Source: Hormiphora californensis (taxonomy: Eukaryota; Animalia; Ctenophora). Taken from it: 64,000 nucleotides of DNA. Positions within the stretch are counted from its first letter, which is position 1. Each line of letters begins with the position of its first letter. Location of the stretch: assembly GCA_020137815.1 (NCBI GenBank), contig CM035350.1, forward strand, positions 3,658,001 to 3,722,000, read 5' to 3'. Positions 53,061 through 64,000 of the stretch are shown here, piece by piece. Position numbers and translations under genes: made by a program. The notes under the pieces were generated by a model. That model made no database searches. It had not been told where the DNA came from and saw only the letters and a list, made by a program, of their open reading frames with translations.

Positions 53061-55711
53061 TCCTCTATCTCTCTCTTTCTCTCTCTCTCCCTCTTCCTCT
53101 ATCCATCTGATTGGTTGTATCACACACAGATCGTCTCCAAGATAGTCGAGGACATAGCGACAGAGGTGGATGCCTACATGAACCAAAAGAAGTGGAGTCC
53201 ATTGTTCAGGGAACAGTTCAACTGCCTTGGGATTGAGGTAATAACATGTTCGATTGTTAATAAATAATAATCGAGTCCCTGTCGGGGGGGGGGGGGGCTA
53301 CTATGGAGGAATATAGTTGTGAAGAGGGAGTATTATATAGAGAGGACTTGACTTAAAACGTCTGTACCCACAACCCATTTAATTAAAAGGGACACATTAT
53401 TAGGTCGTATATATACAGATCGTATTATATATTACTTAAATTAGTAATATTGCCGAGGCCCGAGAGAGGGAGAGAGAAATATAATATGGAGGAGGGACAT
53501 AGAAGACAGAAAACGTTTTACTGACTGACAGAAAGTGAAGACATCCCATGGTCTGCATCCCTGTCAGGCCAATGCTCCTCTTGATTTGAACACCTTGCCG
53601 GCCTTGTTTTGTACACAGACCCCCCTCCGTGTGTGCACATGTTTTATATTATTAACTGACCCCCCTCCTCGACATCTGGTTTAACAGATCCCTTTCTCCC
53701 TTAGTATCATGGTGAGCTGGTCTCCAAGAGGACGATGAGATCGGGTGTACCCGGATCTGGGCCGCCCTTCCTCACTGACGAGGAGTTCCAGAAGAAGTAT
53801 GGGGAGGTACCGCCACAACTGACAGACGAGGAACAAACTCGTATCTACGATAATGAAGGTGAGGGATTGCTTTCCCACATTTATTAGCAATTGTCATTGT
53901 ACTTCGTTGGGGTCTGATGGGCCCTGGGCGCTGGCCAGCGCTATGACATACCACGTGGCCCAAAAAAACTAAGGGTATGTCGTTGTTATATGTGGTTGGT
54001 GACAGGTCTTATATCTTGGAGAAAGTGATGATCCGACTTGCTTTACGTCTGTGTAATTGTACATGTTGGCAGGTTCATACTAACGTCATACTAAAACTTC
54101 ATTTGAAATGCCAGGGTACAAATATAGGAAACTTGGAAAGTTTATGATTGGACATTTCACCGGCAATACCCTAGTAAACGCACATACGCCGTTAGTTGCA
54201 AAAACGGCGTCGTTCTACTCCGTTAACAGCGCACTCAAAATACGACCATGTTACGACGTCGTTTTTGCAACATTTTTGCGCCACACATTTGCAGTTGCAA
54301 GAACGGCGTCGTTAACGGCCGTTAGTTGCATAAACGAGGTCGTTTATGCAACTACGTCGTTTATGCAACTAATGGCGTACGGGCGTTTACTAGGGTATAA
54401 GCAGAGAACTTTCTAAATATTTAAAGGTCAATGCCTTTGACAAGTCAATCAAATAAATGCTTGGAATAGCGTTACGTAAAGCTGACACAATTTGCCAGAA
54501 CCTTCTTGAACATTACGTATTATGTACTGATAAATAACTTCTCTAGTTTTCTGATATCTCTCTTTCTTACTGTACCTTGCTACACGATCACTCCTAATTC
54601 ATGTAAAGTTAATTATTGCATCATCTAAAATTTAACAACTTTTTTAATACGTTTAGAGGTTAAACCATTTTATTATATTTTTCTATAGTAACTTTTTATA
54701 GAAAACTTTTTATTCGAAGGCCTCTTATTACATGCTTGCCTTGCTCGACCTGTCTCACCGCAAAGGGTTGGACCATCAAAATTGCATGCATATTGCACGA
54801 ATATGCTATAAACATATTCCGTGGGTGATCGATTTATAATCAATCGTTGTTTTATTGAACGGGCAAGTAGCCAGGACAAGTTCAACTTACCATGATATAT
54901 TGAGATATATTGAGATATAGTAGTTCAACCCAATAAAAAGGTACCTTATTCCTTCCAAAACTACTGAACTTGTCCACTGCATTAATACTGTTTCCTGACA
55001 CTCAATTAAAAGTAAAACGTGTCGGCATAATGATATGTCAATATGAAGGTCCACAATTAGGACGTGCAGTTCAGACTGGCCTAACAGCACACCCCTGCTA
55101 TTTTGCCTCGGGATATATTCATGTTTGATGTGTTTCTTTTTCTAGTTTCTACACTTGACAATGCTTTTCTTCCAGTTTTTTATTGAGCGAATCTCACGGT
55201 TAGTGGTTACATTGAAAATAAGAAACTCTCTCTTCGTTACCATGGTAACGTGACACTGTTATCTTGTTACCATGGTAACATAACACTATCGTCTTGCTAC
55301 CATGGTAACGTGACACTATCGTCTTGTTACCATGGTAACGTGACACTATCGTCTTGTTACCATGGTAACGTGACACTATCGTCTTGTTACCATGGTAACA
55401 TAACACTATCGTCTTGTTACCATGGTAACATAACACTATCGTCTTGTCAATGACTTGTTGGTCACATGACACACATGTTATTATCACGTCTTGTTACAGG
55501 TAACGTGACGGGACATTTTGAGGTACCCTCCCTTCGCCAACTCCTCTCCCCCGTCCTACCCACGGTTGAAGAAAGAGAGGAGAAAATGAGGGTGGTACAC
55601 CGTCAGAGAGAAGATACCAGAAGGGATGCTCTAAGGAGCCTGGCCAGAAAACATGCCCTATCTGAGCTGGCCGGGGAGAGGGGCTTGAAGAATGGAAGCC
55701 GTGAAGAGTAG
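49259..55711 (+). CDS. Uncharacterised multi-exon protein (about 14 exons) with a low-complexity, TP-rich N-terminus
   Basis: Starts MAPKRSSKRSFTTPFKPPMKI. Phase-consistent GT-AG exons through RKRTAKTFQHMLEITQFL, RHWERLARWASC, NNWIAVDSY, EEFQKKYGEVPP to KNGSREE*. No family recognised. Confidence 0.75.
54169..54395. mobile_element. MITE with CCCTAG termini and TA flanks (EnSpm/CMC-like)
   Basis: CCCTAGTAAACGC...GCGTTTACTAGGG; internal AGTTGCA repeats. Confidence 0.8.
55236..55448. repeat. Intronic minisatellite, 7 x 30 bp, with GTTACCATGGTAAC palindromes
   Basis: Unit GTCTTGTTACCATGGTAAC(G/A)T(G/A)ACACTATC; 6 of 7 palindromes are perfect. Confidence 0.93.
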
Positions 55712-56130
55712 CGATGTTACGAAATGAGTATTATATCTTCGAGCAAGACATAATTATGTTGGAATTTATTTTCTTGGTTGATTGTAAGTTGTCTGGTTAA
55801 TTTAGTTATATTTAGATGTGCCAGTTAAATCATCAAGGGTTATGTCGTTGGAAAAATTATATTGCTCTATCTCTCTCCGGGCTAGTTATCATGCTAACTA
55901 GCAGTTGAATATGTAATGTACCTAATCTGTTAAAAAGTTTTATTCAATTCAAGCAGTTTTCCCAAAGTACATACATGATATATAAACTTGCTTAATTAAT
56001 TTATTCAGTTTCTACCCAGTGACGCCAAAGTGTAATTATTATGTAATTATTATCCCCTCGATCTATCCCTAATATACATGGCTTCCTTACATCTAGCTCA
56101 CAACTAATGATGGTATAACAGTGAGCTGCT

Positions 56131-59100
56131 ATGGGGTGCGGGTCATCTTCTAGTGTGAAGACACAGGTGCGTCGGAGATATTTTTTATTTAGAGACAAAC
56201 ATCTCATTCCATAATAATGTTTACGCTGAACCAATCCCCCCGTTCCTTTTTTTCTCAGACATGTCAGAAGGCATCCCCCCACTTCCTCACCCTTTCCTTT
56301 ATTTCTCCCATGTTATTTCCCCAGCAGACCTCCCCGACGGCCCTATCTGGAAGGGACGAGCCCAGTGACATAGTCCGGGATATCCACGCCAGTATTTACC
56401 AGGATGACGTACTAACTCTCCACAAGTTAATACTCTCTGCTGCACGATCTGAGCAGATTGCCCTCAATCAAAGGTGAGGTGACGTTTTTTAGTTGCTTGT
56501 GGAACCATTTCACGGCTGAGCAAGAAAATAATGTCAAGCTGGGAGTGGTTATTATAAAAAATAGCCCTTAGCTGCACGAGATCTGACATCCCTCTGACGT
56601 ACAATGATGGCCCGAGAATAAGTTGTAAGTTCGAAAATGCCCCTGTATGGTATGATTGGATGGGTTCAAACGTGTCAATTCAAATTGATTATTGTCAGGA
56701 GAAACGAAAGGCTAGAAATAAATCCTGTTCACTCGAGACAGTGTTGATCTGTCAAGAGCCATGGAAACTCTTAATTATCAAAACAAAATATTCGATTATA
56801 TAATACCTCGACCAAAACGCGGAGTTTTTACGTCAGCCGACCCGAAACCGGATTAAATTTTGCCACCTGCTGGTCTCAGGGCCTCGAAATATGTCAAAAT
56901 ATGTCTGAATTGTCATTTGGGGTCATTTAGACCTTTTAATTACATGTAATTACCCTTTAATTACATGTAATTACATTTTAATTACATGTAATTACTTCTA
57001 ATTACATTCCAATTACTTCAGCACCTCGAGAGCTTTCGAACGCACCCTAGAACACCTATCTACTCCTTCTAATTGCCAAGTTCTGTATACCCCTTATTTT
57101 GACTGTTTTTCGCGTCCTACCCCTTATAGGTTTGGGTATGGTCATCGCCACACCCCCTATACGTCGCGGGACCTCGAGACCTTTCCAACGAGCCATAGAA
57201 CACCTCTCTACTACTTCAGGGGGCTTCAAAACTTTCACTCTAAAAATATCTATGGTTATGGTTATGGTTATGGTTTATGGTTTATGGTTTTTTTTCATCT
57301 GGTATTAAGGGCCTGTCGGCTCGGCCCCGTTGTTTTAGTTTTAGGGGGGATGTTTTAGGGGGGATGGGTTGAGTTTGGGTTATATTCGGGTCGGGGGGGC
57401 CTTACCAGGCCCCGAATAGGGTAAGCTGGGGTGAAATGGCCCGCGGGGTAAAGTGGCCCATGTATGGGGCAAAGTGGCCCTAGTTATTACATGTGGTCAC
57501 GTGACATTTTCTCCAGCGGAGACCTGCTCGTTCTGTTCCGAATTTTCGCTTTAAAACTGCTGTCATTTCTGTTTGGGTTGCCCGATTTTAATTTTGCAAA
57601 AACTGCCAGTTAGGCTTTACCTCGACCAAAACGCGGAGTTTTTACGTCAGCCGACCCGAAACCTAATTAAATTTGGCCACCCGCTGGTCTCAGGGTCTCC
57701 AATATGTTAAAATATGTCTGAATTGTCATTTGGGGTCATTTAGACCTTTTAATTACATGTAATTACCCTTTAATTACATGTAATTACATTTTAATTACAT
57801 GTAATTACTTCCAATTACATTCCAATTACTTCAGCACCTCGAGAGCTTTCGAACGCACCCTAGAACACCTTTCTACTCCTTCTAATTGCCGAGTTCTGTA
57901 TACCCCTTATTTTGACTGTTTTTCGCGTCCTACCCCTTATAGGTTTAGGTATGGCCATCACCACACCCCCTATACGTCGCGGGACCTCGAGACCTTTCCA
58001 ACGAGCCATAGAACACCTCTCTACTACTTCAGGGGGCTTCAAAACTTTCACTCTAAAAATATCTATGGTTTTATGGTTTTATGGTTATGGTTATGGTTTT
58101 ATGGTTTTATGGTTTTTTTCATCTGGTATTAAGGGCCTGTCGGCTCGGCCCCGTTGTTTTAGTTTTAGGGGGGATGTTTTAGGGGGGATGGGTTGAGTTT
58201 GGGTTATATTCGGGTCGGGGGGCCTTGCCAGGCCCCGAATGGGCCATGTGACACATGGTTGGGAAAATAAAGCGCCTACAAGTCTTATCACAAATACACT
58301 ACATGAAGGTATGAGACCTAATATATTTTGGATAAAAAACCGTATTGAACAGCTTTATAACACACATACCTTGTTCTTCGGACGACTCTAGTTGTGGTAC
58401 TGCTGGCTGGGCTGGTTGTCACCATTCTACCGGCCGGACTGGGCGGTCCAACCTCCAGATCACTGAGTCCACTAAGACTAGTGTCTGTACTTCCCGCGTC
58501 GCTGGACGCAGGGGATAGTGGCTGGTCCCTCATGTTGAGATAGGATGGCGGCAGTTGGGAGGCTGAGGGGGATTATGTGGGTAAGAGGGTGGCAGTTGGG
58601 AGGCTGAGGGGGATTATGTGGGTAAAAGGGTGGCAGTTGGGAGGCTGAGGGGGATTATGTGGGTAAAAGGTAGAATATTTAGGGTGATGTTATCATAGGG
58701 ATGGGGGGCGAAAGAACGCGTACTTTTGGGAAATATCATGGGGGATTATTATTATATGGGATTAATATATGGGATTATTATTTTTATATGGGTATAATCG
58801 TATCCGGTAGAGTTAATACCACTTTAACATAATATGTTTGATTTGATTTCTAAATAGGGCGGGCTATGACGCTATGGCGTGATTAGAGTGTGTCTTAATA
58901 CTAGGACAGAATTCCATATTCCCATTACATATGCATATAGCAAGAAGAGATATTAGATTATTGATAGTAATAACTCGTGCCATATAATACACTACTGATC
59001 ATATCTTTGTATCATTGTTCACACCAATAGTGTTGGCGGGTGTGGTATTATGACATCGAAGACGCTCATTTATTAGACGTTTCGGCTGTACGGCCATTAT

Positions 59101-62100
59101 CAATAATGCTCAATAAATAGTTTTACGTTGTAGTTGATGAAAGTTTGAAACTTTCATCAACTACAACGTAAAACTATTTATTGAGCATTATTGATAATGG
59201 CCGTACAGCCGAAACGTCTAATAAATGAGCGTCTTCGATGTCATAATACCACACCCGCCAACACTATTGGTGTGAACAATGATACAAAGATATACTACCC
59301 CACCAGCCTCCACCATCTCCAAACACTACTGATCAGTGTTATATGGCCATGACATTTGTCCCTGTTCGCGCTACCAAAGCTTGGCACATATTTATATCGA
59401 GAAATAGCTGCACGTGAAAAACTCACGTGTGTGGTGAACTTCCATCACTTCATCAGCGGCAGGCTCCACTATCTCCCCACGTCTGGGGCTAACTGGGGCC
59501 CTCAACCTCGTCATCGCGTCCACATTGTCCTGTGTCACTGTGGTGAACTCGTGGTCGTAGCTGGGCATGGGATCCTCTATGGACAGGAAGGAAGCACTGG
59601 TAGGAGTTCGGGGATCGATGGAGTCCAACAGATCAGTCATGTCTCCACGCGGCATTCGGATATTAAACAAGCCTGTAGTTCGACTAGCGCCTTGGTCTGA
59701 AAAAGGAGGGGGATCAGTGTTGAAAAGTGTGTGTGTCGAGGACTCAGACTATATGACATATATTTTATAACCACCCAGACTATGACCTATATGATATATT
59801 TTATAGCCACTCAAGTTGTTCTCTTTTTGTCCATGTATCTCTAACTCTCTCCGCTCTTTTCTCGTCTATTTAGCATGTGAATACGAACAAGAATTTTAAA
59901 ATTTCGAACTTTTAGTCCTATTACAAAGTAAGGGCGACATTTCGACTCTTTAAATATTCATCATGATAAATGCATCCTTATAGTTCTCAATAACTAAGTT
60001 GGACTAAAATCATATTGGTACAGAGATCGAAAGCTAACAAAATAAAACAGAATTCCAGCCGGATATCTTACCTTCAATAAGGACAGTATCAATGGCAGTC
60101 CGAGTTTGAGTGAAATCAAAGACTCGATTGGTTTTAAAAGACAATTGTTCGGTACATGCAGTTGACGCTGCCATGTGATGTTTAGTTTGCTAAATACTAT
60201 AATAAGGGGGAAGAGAGAGTTCTTAGTATATGACTAATAGGGGGAGGGGAGTTTTTAGTATGACACAATTTTCATCATAGGAGGAAGCAGGATGCAACAA
60301 AAAAGTAAACCTGACAATTTAAATAATTACACTTTCATTCAGTTGTAAATGATAGAGTTCGAGAGATTCACGCTTGGTAGAAACTGCATGTCTCGTTTAA
60401 ATTGCCCAGTAACCGATATATTAAAGGGGAAGCCATACAAAAGAGCTGTTGTTGTTTTTGGCATTTTGCCCAGCCAGGTGTGGCCGGCTGTGAAACCCAC
60501 TGTAACTATACCATGTAGATTGACGGATATACTCTAGGCTCTAGCTTTAATAATAATTCGGGGCCTGGCAAGGCCCCCCGACCCGAATATAACCCAAACT
60601 CAACCCATCCCCCCTAAAACATCCCCCCTAAAACTAAAACAACGGGGCCGAGCCGACAGGCCCTTAATACCAGATGAAAAAAAACCATAAAACCATAAAA
60701 CCATAACCATAACCATAAAACCATAAAACCATAGATATTTTTAGAGTGAAAGTTTTGAAGCCCCCTGAAGTAGTAGAGAGGTGTTCTATGGCTCGTTGGA
60801 AAGGTCTCGAGGTCCCGCGACGTATAGGGGGTGTGGTGATGGCCATACCTAAACCTATAAGGGGTAGGACGCGAAAAACAGTCAAAATAAGGGGTATACA
60901 GAACTCGGCAATTAGAAGGAGTAGAAAGGTGTTCTAGGGTGCGTTCGAAAGCTCTCGAGGTGCTGAAGTAATTGGAATGTAATTGGAAGTAATTACATGT
61001 AATTAAAATGTAATTACATGTAATTAAAGGGTAATTACATGTAATTAAAAGGTCTAAATGACCCCAAATGACAATTCAGACATATTTTAACATATTGGAG
61101 ACCCTGAGACCAGCGGGTGGCCAAATTTAATTAGGTTTCGGGTCGGCTGACGTAAAAACTCCGCGTTTTGGTCGAGGTAATTAGAGAGAGTTTTAGCTTT
61201 AATAATAACCTCGACCAAAACGCGGAGTTTTTACGTCAGCCGACCCGAAACCTAATTAAATTTGGCCACCCGCTGGTCTCAGGGTCTCCAATATGTTAAA
61301 ATATGTCTGAATTGTCATTTGGGGTCATTTAGACCTTTTAATTACATGTAATTACCCTTTAATTACATGTAATTACATTTTAATTACATGTAATTACTTC
61401 CAATTACATTCCAATTACTTCAGCACCTCGAGAGCTTTCGAACGCACCCTAGAACACCTTTCTACTCCTTCTAATTGCCGAGTTCTGTATACCCCTTATT
61501 TTGACTGTTTTTCGCGTCCTACCCCTTATAGGTTTAGGTATGGCCATCACCACACCCCCTATACGTCGCGGGACCTCGAGACCTTTCCAACGAGCCATAG
61601 AACACCTCTCTACTACTTCAGGGGGCTTCAAAACTTTCACTCTAAAAATATCTATGGTTTTATGGTTTTATGGTTATGGTTATGGTTTTATGGTTTTATG
61701 GTTTTTTTTCATCTGGTATTAAGGGCCTGTCGGCTCGGCCCCGTTGTTTTAGTTTTAGGGGGGATGTTTTAGGGGGGATGGGTTGAGTTTGGGTTATATT
61801 CGGGTCGGGGGGCCTTGCCAGGCCCCGAATAATTCTCTAAAACGTGGTATAAACATTTTTGAAGAAATTGGCATTTTTGTTATCTTAATTGTCAATTTTG
61901 TGAAATCGGGGCAAATATGGCCCACTCTCCGGGGCAAAGTGGTCCGGTCTGGGGCAAAGTGGCCCACCTCTAGGACCAATGAAATGGCGCCTGCAATACC
62001 ACGTGATATTGGAATGCACAAAAATGTAGTACAGACGATCAAATTAGGGGCAAAGTGGCCCATGTTCCGGTGCAGAACATGGGCCACTTTGCCCCTAGTT

Positions 62101-63664
62101 TGATCGTTTCGTCTAACAACACCAGGCACGTGATAAAATCGAGCAATGCTATTGGCTTGGGCCACTTTGCCCCGGTGCAAATTTTCCAAAAAACGCCTCA
62201 CCAAATTATTTGAATTGATTAATTAACCCATTAAATAAAACTTGTAGATATTAAAATTAAGCTCGGCTGAAAGGAAAAGGTTTCATTGGATAGCCTATAT
62301 AATTTTTTTCTTCCTGCTGTATAAATTGCGTATTTTAGAACCTAAAACGTTAAAAGTGGGCCACTTTTACCCCAGCTTACCCTAATATAAATCTACCAAT
62401 ACAATCAAGTTGTCACTTCGACCCCTCCCTTGGCCGTCTGATCGTTATTTAAAAAATGAAAAATATCGATAAATAACAAGTTTGAGGTGACAGCTTCAAA
62501 TAATATACGTTGAACTTGTTTTATACTAATTTACCAAATTAAAGATAAGTCTTTAAGACATTAACTGACCACCTCTCATATGATTTGGTCCACGTTCACT
62601 ATAATTATAAACCTCTGTCTTCCGCTTTTCCACTTCAATTTCCTGGTTTGCCTTTCGTTATCCCGAAACCCGGGGGGAAAAAAAACCCCCCCCCCCCCCC
62701 GGGGGCCCCAAAAATCACCCCTCTTTTCCCACCTTCCCACCCTTTTTTTATCCCCCTAATTCCCAAATTTTTCTTCTCCTTTTCTCTCTCTCCCCTTATC
62801 TCTCTCTCTCTCTCTCTCTCCTCTCTCTCCCCTCCTATCTCTCATTCTTTCTCTCGCTCTCCCCTCTCTCTTCTCTCTCTCTTTTCTACTCCTCTCCATC
62901 TCATCTAAATCCGAAATTTCTACACTCTCTCTCCCTCCAGATATAAGAAAGTGTATGGGTCGCCTCTGTTAGATAGTAAACTGTTGAGTGGGGAAGTATG
63001 GCATCTCCTCCTTGCAGAGAACCTTGTCGAATACCAGCTATCTTCACTGTTTATACAGGTACGGGATAGTTGTTCACAAAAACACAACGATTACAGAAAT
63101 CAAAAGCAAAGGTAAAAGTAATCCTTGATTGCTTTTGTGAATCGATTGCTTTTCTGTCAGAGCATTGGCGATTGGCCTGAGCTTATAATCGGAGCACGCG
63201 AGAACTGCGGTCAGAGCATTGCCGCATTGGCCTGCTTTTGAGTTTTGCTTTTGTGAATATGGGGTTCAATCGACTATGTATTACATAGTATGTAATTTGC
63301 AGCTTGGGTCACCCAAGTTAGGTGTAAAATAGTGTATAGTGTGTTATCAACTACATATTGTTCAGGGTTATGATGTGATGCTGTTACTAGACGTTTTGTT
63401 GTCACAGCAGGGGGTGAACAATGTTAAACAAGTCATTGACAAAGGTAACATCATTTTTCAATTTTATGTTTTCCGTCCTAGTTTTGTCATAGCATGTAAT
63501 ACAATTTATTCGCACAGACTTGAGATTTCTCTCTCTCTTTCATTTGCTCAGATTCTGCTTCAACCCTATAACCAGATGCCCAATGTCTCCCTCTCCTCAG
63601 ATCTGCTGAAGAAGTTGGAGAACGCCCTTTGCAACGAAGAGGAGGTTACGAGCGTAATGCATGA
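56131..63664 (+). CDS. Divergent annexin-like protein with an N-terminal MGCGSS acylation motif; 3'-partial (exons 56131-56166, 56325/8-56473, 62941-63058, 63366-63444, 63492-about 63664)
   Basis: Phase-consistent splicing gives MGCGSSSSVKTQ...LHKLILSAARSEQIALNQR/YKKVYGSPLLD...VKQVIDK/ACNTIYSHRLEISLSLSFAQILL, which resembles annexin repeats. The family call is by eye. Confidence 0.55.
56712..60174 (-). CDS. Nested antisense gene, about 200-aa S/T/P-rich uncharacterised protein (exons 60072-60174, 59427-59696, 58370-58562, 56712-56748)
   Basis: MAASTACTEQLSFKTNRVFDF.../DQGASRTTGLFNIRMPRG.../PSQLPPSYLNMRDQ...VVRRTR/STLSRVNRIYF*. Strong GTAAG/GTGAG/GTATG donors with matching phases; the last exon is less certain. 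Confidence 0.75.
56805..57417 (+). mobile_element. Helentron/DINE-1-like non-autonomous element, family X copy 1 (more diverged)
   Basis: Sub-TIR CCGACCCGAA...TTCGGGTCGG; 3' hairpin GGGGCCT-TACC-AGGCCCC; internal (TTATGG)n; no TSD. Confidence 0.75.
57419..57618. mobile_element. Left part of TIR element Y (TA-GGGTAAGCTGGGGT...)
   Basis: TIR matches 62358-62382; GGGGCAAAGTGGCCC sub-terminal repeats. Confidence 0.75.
57619..58240 (+). mobile_element. Helentron-like family X copy 2
   Basis: Near-identical to copies 3 and 4. Confidence 0.8.
59001..59322. mobile_element. Penelope-like retroelement remnant: inverted pseudo-LTR palindrome plus 29-nt tail
   Basis: 146-bp perfect arms around G59147; tail 59294-59322; 13-bp TSD ACACTACTGATCA (58989-59001, 59323-59335). 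Confidence 0.75.
59186..59222 (+). ncRNA. Minimal type-I hammerhead ribozyme-like motif (U3-A8 variant); mirror copy on the - strand at about 59072-59108
   Basis: ATTA-TTGATAA-T-GGC-CGTACA-GCC-GAAAC-GTC/-TAAT reads as stem I, core, stem II, GAAA, minimal stem III, GUC cleavage triplet, stem I. Confidence 0.6.
60556..61178 (-). mobile_element. Helentron-like family X copy 3 (inverted)
   Basis: Reverse complement of copy 4. Confidence 0.8.
61208..61830 (+). mobile_element. Helentron-like family X copy 4
   Basis: Head-to-head with copy 3 across a 29-bp spacer. Confidence 0.8.
61831..62382. mobile_element. Right part of TIR element Y (...ACCCCAGCTTACCC-TA)
   Basis: TIR followed by TA; multiple GGGGCAAAGTGGCCC / GGGCCACTTTGCCCC repeats. 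Confidence 0.75.
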
Positions 63665-64000
63665 GGTAGTAAGGCGCGGTGACACCGCCGCGGTCCTGTG
63701 CTCTCTCCTCACTGCCCAGCACTCACCGCAACATAAAGTGTCGCGCGCGCACGCGGTAAAATGTGACGCGCGCACGAACATCTGCGAGGCGAGGCAAAGA
63801 GCACACAACCGTTATCCCGGATGGTAATGGGATAAGCAGAGAGAAGGATGTGAAACCGAAGAAGAAAGAGAGCAAGATTATTGTCTGTATGTATGGAACT
63901 GTTGCCATAGCAACAAGAACTAATTTCATAGCAGGGAGTTAGAGAGATCAGAGTGAGAGAGATAGTAAATATAACGAGAGAGGGCGAGAGGACGACTATT

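Noticed and set aside
57056-61722. Repeated ORFs MKVLKPPEVVERC... and MTVFRVLPLIGLG... as a gene family
   Set aside because: They are incidental frames inside the four X element copies, with non-ATG starts and no domain.
57619-61830. A simple composite Helentron that captured the nested gene and landed in element Y
   Set aside because: The nested gene's apparent last exon (56712-56748) lies outside the block, so simple capture does not fit. Kept only as an unresolved rearrangement.
62585-62908. Pro/Ser-rich ORF
   Set aside because: Homopolymer-rich low-quality intronic sequence.

Overview
Eukaryotic (animal) genomic DNA with compact, intron-rich genes, many microsatellites and minisatellites, and many non-autonomous transposons. 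The overall style (CCATGG(C/T)AAC intronic minisatellites, a nested intronic gene, acceptor sites just upstream of start codons, a WDLExTPLQIKTDS-type secreted domain) suggests a ctenophore, but that is inference. Genes I can support: an intronless secreted Ig-Kazal-Ig-VWD-C8 protein; the 3' half of G-alpha-s (GNAS); NOL8-like (frameshifted); a small secreted sushi-domain protein; an RRM-like protein; DUS2; eIF3a; katanin p80 (KATNB1); an uncharacterised multi-exon gene; and a myristoylation-motif annexin-like gene whose 6.5-kb intron hosts an antisense 4-exon gene. Mobile DNA includes two 5'-truncated CR1/L2-type LINEs, a tRNA-derived SINE, MULE-, hAT-, Harbinger-, pogo-, Tc1- and EnSpm-like MITEs, and five Helentron/DINE-1-like elements. 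The most striking non-coding item is a perfect 293-bp palindrome (59001-59293) with a 13-bp target-site duplication and a 29-nt tail. Each arm carries a Penelope-type minimal hammerhead ribozyme core with a compensatory U3-A8 pair. All exon boundaries were read by eye and no database search was run.
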